DNA of 64,000 nucleotides, from assembly GCA_965218235.1 (NCBI GenBank), contig OZ244595.1:96108-160107 (forward strand). Reading direction: 5' to 3'. Position 1 is the stretch's first letter, and each line of letters starts with the position of its first letter. Source of the DNA: Thermomicrobiales bacterium. GTDB taxonomy: Bacteria > Chloroflexota > Chloroflexia > Thermomicrobiales > UBA6265. Shown here piece after piece: positions 54,325 through 63,401 of the stretch. A program made the position numbers and the translations under genes. Below the pieces are notes generated by a model. It did no database searches. It saw only the letters and a list, made by a program, of their open reading frames with translations, and was not told where the DNA came from.

Positions 54325-55293
54325 TCAGCCGAGCCCCTCGCCCTCGCCGAAGAACAGGGCGTCGACGTAGGTATCCTCGCGGAACTCGGCCATGTCCGTC
54401 GCCCGCTCGCCGGTGCCGATGTAGGAGATCGGCGTGCCCAGCTCCCGGGCGACGGCGAAGGCGATGCCACCTTTGCTCGTCCCGTCCAGCTTGGCGATCA
54501 TGATGTCGGTGATGTCGACCGACTTCGAGAACTCCTGCGCCTGGATCAGCCCGTTCTGGCCACTCGTCGCGTCAATCACCAGGAGCACTTCCTGCGGCGC
54601 GTTCTCGACCGTCCGTCGCATGACGTTCCGGACCTTATGCAGCTCCTGCATCAGGTTGGTCTTGGTGTGGAGCCGGCCGGCGGTGTCGACGATCAGGACG
54701 TCGACGTTGCGGTTGTGGGCAGCCTGCATCGCGTCGAAGACGACGGCGGCCGGGTCGGAGCCGGGTTTGTGGGCGATCACCGGGACGTCGAGCCGCTCGC
54801 CCCAGACCTGGAGCTGGTCGATCGCGGCGGCGCGGAACGTGTCCCCGGCGGCGACCATGACCTTGCGGCCGAAGCTCTGGTGGTAGTGGGCCAGCTTGGC
54901 GATGCTGGTCGTCTTGCCGACGCCATTGACGCCGACGACCATGATGACGAACGGCACGCCGCGCTGGAGGATCTTGACGGTCCGGTTGCGGGTCGCCCCT
55001 TCGAGCAGTTTGACCATCTCGTTGCGGAGGATCTCCCTGGCCTCGACCGGGTCGCGGATGCCCTGCTCCCGGACCTGCGACTGGAGCTCCTCGACCAGTT
55101 TCTGGCTGACGTCCCAGCCGATGTCGGCCTGGATCAGCAGCATCTCGAGCTCTTCGTAGAGGTCGTCGTCGAGCGTTCCGCGATCGAACAGCCGGGTGAT
55201 CTCACTGAAGACGCCCCGGCGGGTCTTGGCCAGGCCCTGCTCGACCTGGATGTCCGGCTCGGCACGGCGCTTGAACATTCTGCGGAAGACCAC
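54325..55293 (-). CDS. ftsY: signal recognition particle-docking protein FtsY
   Basis: GVNGVGKTTSIAKLA, DTAGRLH and a TKLDGTSKGG-type motif (AKLDGTSKGG) are present. Confidence 0.95.
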   Translation of the reverse strand: MVFRRMFKRRAEPDIQVEQGLAKTRRGVFSEITRLFDRGTLDDDLYEELEMLLIQADIGWDVSQKLVEELQSQVREQGIRDPVEAREILRNEMVKLLEGATRNRTVKILQRGVPFVIMVVGVNGVGKTTSIAKLAHYHQSFGRKVMVAAGDTFRAAAIDQLQVWGERLDVPVIAHKPGSDPAAVVFDAMQAAHNRNVDVLIVDTAGRLHTKTNLMQELHKVRNVMRRTVENAPQEVLLVIDATSGQNGLIQAQEFSKSVDITDIMIAKLDGTSKGGIAFAVARELGTPISYIGTGERATDMAEFREDTYVDALFFGEGEGLG

Positions 55294-55470
55294 GTTGAGG
55301 TTCCTTTCGGTCCGAACGACCGCGTTGCTGACGGATAGATGGAGAGCGGTCAGTCGGAATCGTCGCCGGATAGTCTAACGCAGCGCGATCGGCCGACCTC
55401 GGCCGGATGGAACAGGCATGTCATCGGACCGGAGACCGCGCCCCCCAGCGACCAGCGTAGCGGTGGTAGG

Positions 55471-56778
55471 ATGTCAACCAGTTTCCGTCACTTCGGGCCG
55501 CTCGACCGGACGGGCGCCCCGGTCTGGCCGCACTCCCCGAAGGAGTCCCCAACGCTGCGCAACAGGGTCGCGATCGTCGTCTACCTCCCCACCCTCCTGC
55601 TCGCCTTCGGCCAGGGCATGCTCGTCACGACGATCCCGCTGTTCGCGGCGGACTTCGGCGTCACCAGCACACTGATCGCGCTGGCCGTCAGCGCCGCCGC
55701 TCTCGGCACGCTGTTCATGGACATCCCGGCCGGGGCGTTCCTCCAGCGGATCGGGCTGCGCCGGGCGATGCTCATCGGCTCCGGAACCGTCGCGATCTCG
55801 ACCTGTCTGATCGCGTTTCCCTTCGTCAACTACGAGCTGACGATCGCCCTCCGGATCGTCGCTGGAATCGGGACGGCCCTCTGGGGAATCTCCCGTCACG
55901 CCTACATCGCCGAGAGCATCCCGGTCCGGGAGCGCGGCAAGGCGCTCTCGACCTTTGGCGGCCTGCAGCGGCTCGGCACGCTCGGTGGCCCGGCGGTCGG
56001 CGGCATCCTGATCGAGATTCTGGGCGCCCGGACGTCCTTCCTGGCCTCGGGGCTGATGGCCGCGATCGCCTTCGGTGTCGCCGTCGCCCTGATTCCGGAG
56101 ACCGCGACGCTCCGCAACCTCTCCACTCGCCACCGCTGGCTGACGGTCCGCCGGACAGTCGTCGACAACCGCCGCGACCTCGCCGCCGCCGCCGCCGCCC
56201 AGACCTTCGCGATGATGATCCGGGCCGGCCGGATGCTGCTTGTGCCGCTCTACGGCTACTCCTACCTCGGGCTCAGCGGCGGGCAGGTCGGCGCGATCCT
56301 GACGGTGGCCTCGATCTTCGACGTCGCCATGTCGATCCCGGCCGGACTGACGATGGACCGGCTGGGCCGCAAGGCGTCGATGGTCCCGTCGTTCGCGATC
56401 ATGGGCGTTGGCGTCGCGCTGATCCCGTTCGCGCACAGCTTCTGGACACTGATGGCCGCGGCGGCCGTGGTCGGCTTCGGGAACGGGTTCGGGGCCGGGT
56501 CGATGATGACCCTGGGCGCCGACCTCGCGCCACGCGGGGCCACCGGCGAGTTCCTCGGGCTCTGGCGCGTCATCGGCGATGTCGGACAGGTGACTGGTCC
56601 GCTGGTCGTCGGCATCCTTGCCGACACGCTGGACATCGCCGGGAGCGCCTACGCCCTCTCGGCGATCGGCTTCGGTGCCGCCCTGATCATCGTCTTCCTC
56701 GTTCGGGAGACGCGATCCCGGCCCGAGGAGGTGGCAACGGAAACCGTCGCCGAACCGATCGGCCGCGCCTCGGGCTGA
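55471..56778 (+). CDS. MFS transporter
   Basis: It has about 12 TM segments and an MFS signature-like GLRRAMLIG. The track start 55339 is an alternative. Confidence 0.8.
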   Translation: MSTSFRHFGPLDRTGAPVWPHSPKESPTLRNRVAIVVYLPTLLLAFGQGMLVTTIPLFAADFGVTSTLIALAVSAAALGTLFMDIPAGAFLQRIGLRRAMLIGSGTVAISTCLIAFPFVNYELTIALRIVAGIGTALWGISRHAYIAESIPVRERGKALSTFGGLQRLGTLGGPAVGGILIEILGARTSFLASGLMAAIAFGVAVALIPETATLRNLSTRHRWLTVRRTVVDNRRDLAAAAAAQTFAMMIRAGRMLLVPLYGYSYLGLSGGQVGAILTVASIFDVAMSIPAGLTMDRLGRKASMVPSFAIMGVGVALIPFAHSFWTLMAAAAVVGFGNGFGAGSMMTLGADLAPRGATGEFLGLWRVIGDVGQVTGPLVVGILADTLDIAGSAYALSAIGFGAALIIVFLVRETRSRPEEVATETVAEPIGRASG

Positions 56779-56874
56779 CCAGGGCTGTTTCGTGTCCGGC
56801 CGCTTTCCGGCACAATGGACCCCGATCTATCGCACGGGCCAGCGCAGCGCTGACCACCAGACGGGAGCATCACA

Positions 56875-57741
56875 GTGGGTATCGTCTTCGGCGCGGTCGC
56901 GCCGCACGGCTTCTCGATCATTCCCCGAATCGCCGAGGACGCGGACGGCGCCCTCGCGACGCGGGCGGCGATGGAAGAGCTCGGTCGCCGGTTCGACGCG
57001 GCCAACATCGACACGATCGTCCTGGCCGGACCACACGGCATCCGCGTCGCCGGTCACATCGCGATCAGCACCGCTCGGCGCGCGGCCGGCAAGCTGTCGC
57101 GCAACGAGAACACCGTCGAGCTGAACGTGCCGATCGACCTCGAGCTCGCTCGGGAGATCGCCTCATCGGCCGCCACCGCCGGCGTGCCGACCTCGGAGAT
57201 CAGCTGGGGAGGCAACCGGATCTCGCAGGCCGGCTACCCGATCACCTGGGACGCGATCACCCCGCTCTGGTTCATGGGCCACGGCAACCACGTGCCCGGC
57301 CATGGCGACGTGCTGGCGCCCGACCCGGACGGGCCGGACGGGCCGCCAGTCGTGATCGTCGCGCCCTCCCGCGATCTGTCACGCCAGACGATGATCGACT
57401 TCGGCCGATCCGTCGCCGACACCGCCGAGCGGAGCGGCAAACGGGTCGCCTTCATCGCCTCCTGCGACTGGGCCCACACCCACATCGAGAGCGGCCCCTA
57501 CGGAGCGCACCCGGACGCCGGGCCGGTCGACGCGAAGATCGTCGCTTCGATCCGGGACAACGACCTCAAGGCGCAGCTGAAGCTGACCGACGACGAGGTC
57601 AACAACGCCGCGATCGACGGGATGTGGCAGACGCTGATGCTGGCCGGGATTCAGGAGCGGGTCGAACTCGTCCCCGAGCTCCTGTCGTACGAGGCACCGA
57701 GTTACTTCGGGATGATCGTCGCGTCGTACACGCCGGAGTAG
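56875..57741 (+). CDS. class III extradiol dioxygenase-like protein (LigB/DODA family)
   Basis: GAVAPHGF..., LAGPHG and ASCDWAHTH patterns are present. The GTG start has GGGAG 7 nt upstream. Confidence 0.6.
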   Translation: MGIVFGAVAPHGFSIIPRIAEDADGALATRAAMEELGRRFDAANIDTIVLAGPHGIRVAGHIAISTARRAAGKLSRNENTVELNVPIDLELAREIASSAATAGVPTSEISWGGNRISQAGYPITWDAITPLWFMGHGNHVPGHGDVLAPDPDGPDGPPVVIVAPSRDLSRQTMIDFGRSVADTAERSGKRVAFIASCDWAHTHIESGPYGAHPDAGPVDAKIVASIRDNDLKAQLKLTDDEVNNAAIDGMWQTLMLAGIQERVELVPELLSYEAPSYFGMIVASYTPE

Positions 57742-58243
57742 ACGAACCGGTCGCTGGATCGAGAGGCTCTCACGAGACCGGGGCGCGACTATCCGGGTTT
57801 CGTGGGAGTCGCGATTCGGCCTTCCGAGGAATCCTCATTCCGGCTCGACGATGAACCAGAAAACGAGACAGTCCCGACGGACCATGGTTGCTGGCGAATC
57901 CCCCGTCCGAAGCTTTCCCCGTGCGACGCCCCGCAACGCGCACGCTTCCGTCTTCAGACCCGTTCGAGACCCCGGTCCCGCCGCCTGTCCCGCAACAGGC
58001 GACGCCGTTGACCCCGCCGGTGGTTCATCTCCGCTGGCCACTGCCCCTCGGAACTGTACGTACATAGTATACGAACACTATGAGCCTGTCAAGCGACCCC
58101 GCGGTCAGACGTCGAGCATCGATCAGTGGGCGGAGTGCCGACGGCGCGTCGCCGGAATCATGGCCACCACGACGAAAGGGCGACGGGGGCGTTGCACCAC
58201 CCGGCATCCTGGACACGAGATCGGCACGGCGGGAACGGAGACG

Positions 58244-58729
58244 ATGACAGACGACCTCACCCGGATCGACGCGGTCATCCGCATCACGCTGGCCGTCGTG
58301 ATCGGCAGCGTGCTGGGCCTGGAGCGCCGCAACAAGCCAGCCGGCCTCCGCACCCATGCCCTCGTCAGCCTCGGCTCCGCGCTGTTCATGTTCGCGTCGC
58401 TCCTGCTCGGGCAGGAAGCGGCCAACGCCGGCAATCAATCGTACGATCCCTCCCGGATCGCCTCGACGATCGTCCAGGGCGTCGGGTTCATCGCCGCTGG
58501 GGTGATCTTCGGGGGTGGCGGCCGGGTCCGGGGCCTGACGACCGCCGCGAGTCTCTGGGTGACCGCCGCGCTCGGTCTCCTGATTGGGGCCGGCTTCTAT
58601 GAGGTCGCGGTCATGGGTGCCATCGCCGCCTTCATCGTGCTGGACGTCTTCGCCCGCTTCGAGCCGAAGATCACCGCCGCATCGAAGAACAGCACCGATA
58701 CCCCGCCGACGCCTGACGAGACCAGCTGA
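58244..58729 (+). CDS. mgtC: MgtC/SapB family membrane protein
   Basis: RITLAVVIGSVLGLERRNKPAGLRTHALVSLGSALF is present. The internal ATG at 58244 has GGAG upstream. The upstream 131 codons of the track ORF have no MgtC similarity. Confidence 0.85.
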   Translation: MTDDLTRIDAVIRITLAVVIGSVLGLERRNKPAGLRTHALVSLGSALFMFASLLLGQEAANAGNQSYDPSRIASTIVQGVGFIAAGVIFGGGGRVRGLTTAASLWVTAALGLLIGAGFYEVAVMGAIAAFIVLDVFARFEPKITAASKNSTDTPPTPDETS

Positions 58730-58748
58730 GCCCTTGGCGCCGTCCGCG

Positions 58749-60911
58749 CTACGACGCCGGAAGCGCCTGCCGGATCGAACCGGTCCCCTCGACCAGGTAG
58801 CCATCGCCGTCGCGTCGAACGCGGACGGTCGCGTCGGCATTCCCCGCCCGAAGTCCGGTGACCTCCACCCAGTCGACCGACGCCGGCAGGGTCGGCGCGA
58901 CCGAGATCTCGCGGCCGTCGTCGGTGATCTTCAGGCCGAGCAGGCGCGTCAGCATGAACGGGATCGCCCCGGCGGCCCAGGCCTGTGGGATACAGCTGAC
59001 CGGGTACGGGACCGGCGCGGCTTCGGCGATCCCGATCCGGGGGAAGCCGCAGAACAGCTCCGGCAGCCGCCCCACCGGGTCGGTTAGCGCGGCGGCCAGC
59101 AGCGATTCGAAGACGTCCACGGCGACCGCCGTCTGACCCATCGTCGCCAGTCCGCCGACGACCAGCGAGTTGTCGTGCGGCCAGATCGAACCGTTGTGGT
59201 AGCTCATCGGGTTGTAGGTCGCCGAGGTGGTCGCCAGCGTCCGAAGGCCCCAGCCGGAACTCATCGAGGGGTGAGCCAGTGTTCGAGCGATCGTCGCCGC
59301 CCGCTCCTGGGAAGGAAGACCGGTCAACAGGAGGTGGCCGGCGTTGGAACTGACCATCGCCGTCGGCCGCTTGTCGCCGTCGAGCGCCTGGGCATACGTC
59401 CCAATCTCGTCCACCCAGAACCGGTCCTCGACCAGCGTCCGGATCTGCTCGGCGTAGCCCTCCAGTTCGCTGGCCCATTCAGCGTCACCATAGAGCCGGG
59501 CGATGTCGGCCAGCCGGCGACAGGCGGCGAAGGCATAGCCCTGGACCTCGACCAGCGCGATGTTGCCGGTCGGGACGGAGCCATCGGCGTGGTGGAGCGA
59601 GTCCCAGCTGTCCTTCCAGCCCTGATTGGTGATGTGGACGCCATCCGGCTGGCGGGTCGGGTGCTCGATCAGACCATCGCCGTCGAGGTCGCCGAACTCG
59701 CGCATCCAGCGGACGGCCGCCCGGGCGTGCGCCTCGAGCTCCCGCCAGAGCGCCTCGTCGCCAGTCCAGGCGACGGTCTCGGCGACGAGCCAGGCGAACA
59801 GCGGTGTCGCGTCGACCGTCCCGTAGTACGGCGTGTGCGGGATCCCGCCGCTCCGGGCCAACTCGCCGTAGCGGACCTCGTGGAGGATCTTGCCCGGCTC
59901 GCGGTCGCGCCAGGCGTCGTGGGTTGTGGCCTGATGGGCGGCGAGGACACGGAGCGTCGCCGCAGTCCGCCAGGGGGAGAGCGGCAGCGTCTGGAAGGCG
60001 GCGATGAGGCTGTCCCGGCCGAACGGCGCGACGAACCAGGGGATTCCGGCCGCGACGATCGAGCCCTCGTCGAACGTCGTCTGGAGCATCGCCAGGTCGG
60101 CGGTGGCCCGGTCCAGCACGGCGTTGAGCCGCGGGTCGCTGGTCCGGATCGCCCCAGGCTGGAGCGGGCCGCGGGACGGCAGCCGTGCGACCGCCGAGAG
60201 GGGCCGATCCCCGAACGTCCGCAGCCGGATCGTCAACGTCGTCTGCCAGGTCTCGCCGGGGGCAACGATGGGCCGGAACGTCGCGACCGCCGCGACGCCA
60301 GGAATGGACGTCCCCGACGGCCCGAAGACCGGCGACGAACGCGACCGGCACGTATCCTGATCGCCGGCTCCCTCGCTGGCCTCGACGATCGAGACCGGCG
60401 GCTCGGCGAAGTCGACGGAGATCCCGACCTCCTCGCCAGCCGGCGTCCGGTAGCCGAGGTCGAACGTATCGGCAGTCGACGAGACTGGCAGGTAGGTGCC
60501 CGGCTCCGGCTGGGGGAAGCCGCGAATGGCGAAGAGGTCGCGGAAGTCCGAGCCGATCGTGACGCCGAGCGCCGGCGTCAGGGACTGAAGGCCGTGGTTG
60601 CGGACCGTCAGCCGAAGCGTGACCCGGTCGGTCAGCGTCAGCTGCTGCTCGATACCGAGGCTGTGGCCGTAGACCTCGCGGGCGTCGTCCTGATACCCCT
60701 CGTTGGTGGAGACGAACAGGGCGCGGTTGGCATCTGGCGTCCGGACGGCGAGGGTGCGGAGCGGATGGCCGTTGAGATCGATATCCAGGACGCTGATGAA
60801 CCGGGTGTCCCGGGCGTAGATGCCGGTTGCGCGCTCGCCGCTGCCGTCGGTATTGACCGCTCCGGCGAGGTAGAGCTCGTCCGCCTTGAGCACGAGATTC
60901 GTATCGAGCAT
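58749..60911 (-). CDS. amylo-alpha-1,6-glucosidase / glycogen-debranching-enzyme-like protein (GDE_N bacterial + GDE_C six-hairpin domain)
   Basis: The protein is about 720 aa. GIPWFVAPFGRDSL and YHNGSIWPHDN are typical of GDE_C family proteins. The start is MLDTNLVLK at 60911. Confidence 0.8.
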   Translation of the reverse strand: MLDTNLVLKADELYLAGAVNTDGSGERATGIYARDTRFISVLDIDLNGHPLRTLAVRTPDANRALFVSTNEGYQDDAREVYGHSLGIEQQLTLTDRVTLRLTVRNHGLQSLTPALGVTIGSDFRDLFAIRGFPQPEPGTYLPVSSTADTFDLGYRTPAGEEVGISVDFAEPPVSIVEASEGAGDQDTCRSRSSPVFGPSGTSIPGVAAVATFRPIVAPGETWQTTLTIRLRTFGDRPLSAVARLPSRGPLQPGAIRTSDPRLNAVLDRATADLAMLQTTFDEGSIVAAGIPWFVAPFGRDSLIAAFQTLPLSPWRTAATLRVLAAHQATTHDAWRDREPGKILHEVRYGELARSGGIPHTPYYGTVDATPLFAWLVAETVAWTGDEALWRELEAHARAAVRWMREFGDLDGDGLIEHPTRQPDGVHITNQGWKDSWDSLHHADGSVPTGNIALVEVQGYAFAACRRLADIARLYGDAEWASELEGYAEQIRTLVEDRFWVDEIGTYAQALDGDKRPTAMVSSNAGHLLLTGLPSQERAATIARTLAHPSMSSGWGLRTLATTSATYNPMSYHNGSIWPHDNSLVVGGLATMGQTAVAVDVFESLLAAALTDPVGRLPELFCGFPRIGIAEAAPVPYPVSCIPQAWAAGAIPFMLTRLLGLKITDDGREISVAPTLPASVDWVEVTGLRAGNADATVRVRRDGDGYLVEGTGSIRQALPAS

Positions 60912-61087
60912 CGAAGTTGGTGTCCTCTGGTTGGGTGCGTCCCGAGATGGCGGAAGGAATTGCCGCGGAAAACACGACGCGAAATGAGCCGGAACCACCC
61001 GTCGATCCCAGACTGTCTCCGCGCAATCGTCCGCTTACGGCGCCAACACCGATCGCTGACTGGACAGCCTCGCCTGCCTCAGCCGGT

Positions 61088-61675
61088 TCATTCGGCGACC
61101 GACTGCCCACCGAGCGACAGGAGGAGCCGGTTGGCCCAGGCGAACATCGCCGAGGAATGGGCGATGTCGAAGATCTCGAGGTCGCTGTAGCCGGCATCCT
61201 GGAGCGGCTGAAGGTCTGCCGCCGAGACATCCCGCGGCGACTCGGCCAGCTTCGCGGAGAAGGCGACGAGTGCCCGTTCGCGCGCCGGCAACTCGGCGGC
61301 AGTGCCGTCCCGCAGGACCGCGTCGATCAGATCAGCGTTACCGGTCAGCTGGACATAGGCGCGGGCATGGACCGACGCGCAGTAGACGCAGCCGGTCGAC
61401 CGGCTCGCGGCGACGGCGGACAGTTCCAGGTCCGACCGAGGCGAACCACCCTCGTCGGCCTTGTCCCGCAGCGTCTCCGGGAAGAGGTCATGCCGGTGAC
61501 GGAGGACGTCGGCGTCGTGGGCGAGCGTCGCCCAGTAGGTCCGGCCGGTCTTTCGGTTGCCGACGATTTCCTCGACGATAGCGAGTTGATCACCGGTCGC
61601 GGCGCCGTCGTCGATCGTCTCGACCCAGGGGGTCCAGTCGACGACCTGATGGGTGAATTCGGGCAGGTGGCTCAT
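61088..61675 (-). CDS. peroxidase-related CMD (AhpD-like) family enzyme
   Basis: There is a CxxC-type motif GCVYCASVHA in a carboxymuconolactone-decarboxylase-like domain. It overlaps the upstream CMD gene by 4 nt. Confidence 0.75.
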   Translation of the reverse strand: MSHLPEFTHQVVDWTPWVETIDDGAATGDQLAIVEEIVGNRKTGRTYWATLAHDADVLRHRHDLFPETLRDKADEGGSPRSDLELSAVAASRSTGCVYCASVHARAYVQLTGNADLIDAVLRDGTAAELPARERALVAFSAKLAESPRDVSAADLQPLQDAGYSDLEIFDIAHSSAMFAWANRLLLSLGGQSVAE

Positions 61676-62184
61676 GCGGTCTCTCCAAGGGCGCGCAGCG
61701 TCGCGAGCACGCGGACCTGGAAGGCGACGAAGGCGATCAACTGGGACAGCGTGACGATCTCGAGCGTCGAGAGGCCAGCCGCTCGCAGGGCGTCGATGTC
61801 CATTGGTCCGGCGTCGACCGGGCGCTGGGCGACGAGGTCGGACTGGCGGAGGATCGCAACCTCGCGGGGCGTAAGTTGCGGCGAGACGGCCGGAAACCCG
61901 GAGACGGCGCGGACGGTCGCCGCCGTCCCGCTGGCCGCCATGAGACGCTCGGTGTGCCAGACGGCCAACCGGTCGTCCGGCGTCAGGAGGGCCACCCGGA
62001 GTGCGACCATCTCGCGCTCCTTCCGGGAGAGACTATCCCCGATGGCCGGTTCGAGGAGCGACTCGTAGCTGGCCTGGCTGAAGCGTGTCAGGTCCGGCCG
62101 CCGGGCCCGGAGGTCGGCCAGTGGCGAACCGGGCTCGACCCCGGCCAGCGTGCCGAAGACATCGGATCGAGACGGTAAGGTCAT
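61672..62184 (-). CDS. CMD-domain protein (Avi_7170-like partner of the peroxidase-related enzyme)
   Basis: The start is MTLPSRSDVFGTLAGVEPGSPLADLRARRPD at 62184. This is an AhpD-like fold without the CxxC motif. Confidence 0.65.
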   Translation of the reverse strand: MTLPSRSDVFGTLAGVEPGSPLADLRARRPDLTRFSQASYESLLEPAIGDSLSRKEREMVALRVALLTPDDRLAVWHTERLMAASGTAATVRAVSGFPAVSPQLTPREVAILRQSDLVAQRPVDAGPMDIDALRAAGLSTLEIVTLSQLIAFVAFQVRVLATLRALGETA

Positions 62185-62409
62185 CGAACGGCCCTCCGAA
62201 GGCAAACGAACTGGTGAATAGTGGACGACGGTTCGGGTGATGGGCCCTTCCCCGGCAAGGCGTCGGCCACCGGATCGCACCGCCCCTGCCCAGTCGCGTC
62301 CCCGGCCCGATCGGGGCGGGGTATAGTTGCGGCCATTCCGGCCCGGTGCGATGGCACCAGCGAACAGACTGAACGATGCCCGCGTCGCGGCGGGTGGACA
62401 AGGGTATCC

Positions 62410-63177
62410 GTGCGCGGTTTCAGCAATCTCTGGCGGGCGATCCGGGACACGTTCGATCAGATCCTGCCCTTCATGCTCGGCTCGATCCTCTGGTGGATCG
62501 CCGTCTTCATCCCGTTCATCGTCTTCGTCGCCCTCGGTGCGGCCCTGCCAACGCTCCTCGGGTACGCGCTGGTGATCGTCGGTCTCATCATCGGCGCCGG
62601 GCCGGCCACCACGCTGCTGGCGAAGTGGGTCGACCCCCGCCTGATCGTCGACCGGCCATCATGGCGCGATCTGGGTGACTGGGCGCGGGAGTATGCGGTC
62701 CGCGGCTGGATCGTCGCGGCCTTCGCCTTCACGGCGCTCGGCGTCCTGCTGCTGAACCTCGTCTTCTACGCCCAGTCGGGCAGCCTGTTCACCGTCCTCG
62801 TCCCGCTCTGGCTGTTCCTGATCGTGATTGGCGCGATCGTCGCCTTCATCTCGCTGGCAATCGTCTCGCTGACCGACGCGACGCCGCGGCAGGCCTTCCG
62901 ACGGTCCGGCTACGTGATTGCCTCAGCGCCGGGCCAGTCCCTCATCCTCGCGCTCTGGATCCTCGTCACCGTCCTGGTCGGCGCGGCGCTGGTCGTGCCG
63001 CTGGTCCTGCTGACGCCGCCGCTGATCCTGGCGGCCACCAACCGGCTCGTTTTGAACCAGCTCCAGATCCCGATCCCGGACCCGAACGCCCCGACCGACG
63101 AGCGCGAGGTCGAGCGCACGACCGGCAACCGCAACCCGCAGAAGAGCCGGGGCGGCGGGTTCTTCAACCGGGGGTAG
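62410..63177 (+). CDS. hypothetical polytopic membrane protein
   Basis: The GTG at 62410 is in frame with track ORF 62221..63177. There are 5-6 hydrophobic segments and a basic C-terminal tail. Confidence 0.6.
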   Translation: MRGFSNLWRAIRDTFDQILPFMLGSILWWIAVFIPFIVFVALGAALPTLLGYALVIVGLIIGAGPATTLLAKWVDPRLIVDRPSWRDLGDWAREYAVRGWIVAAFAFTALGVLLLNLVFYAQSGSLFTVLVPLWLFLIVIGAIVAFISLAIVSLTDATPRQAFRRSGYVIASAPGQSLILALWILVTVLVGAALVVPLVLLTPPLILAATNRLVLNQLQIPIPDPNAPTDEREVERTTGNRNPQKSRGGGFFNRG

Positions 63178-63263
63178 GCGTTAGCCAACGTGGCAACGCG
63201 CTCCGAGCATCCCGAGCGGGTAGCTGTAATAGAAAATCGGGACGCGGGCCCAAAAAGCGTGTG

Positions 63264-63401
63264 GTCCGAGCCTGAAGGGACCGGCTGAACGACATTAGTT
63301 GCGATTACTTCAACCGGGAGCACGACACCGCGATCGAGATGTCGCCCTCATCCTCCAGCGACGAATCCAGTTTCGTTCAGCCAGTCCCTTCAGGCCCGGA
63401 C
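63264..63401. repeat. 29-nt inverted repeat (2 mismatches) separated by 80 nt; the right arm is the 3' end of the phosphotransferase gene
   Basis: GTCCGAGCCTGAAGGGACCGGCTGAACGA (63264-63292) versus the reverse complement of 63373-63401, GTCCGGGCCTGAAGGGACTGGCTGAACGA. Confidence 0.75.

Noticed and set aside
57742-58243. M-box (Mg2+) or yybP-ykoY (Mn2+) riboswitch upstream of mgtC
   Set aside because: The hallmark strings as I remember them are absent: UUAGGUGAGGCUCC for the M-box, and GGGGAGUAG with UUGACAUA for yybP-ykoY. It is kept only as an unexplained long leader.
59175-61230. 671-aa (+) and 581-aa (-) ORFs overlapping the GDE-like gene
   Set aside because: They are alternate or antisense frames of 58749..60911, which carries the GDE_C motifs. 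Their own translations are R/P/G-rich and low in complexity.
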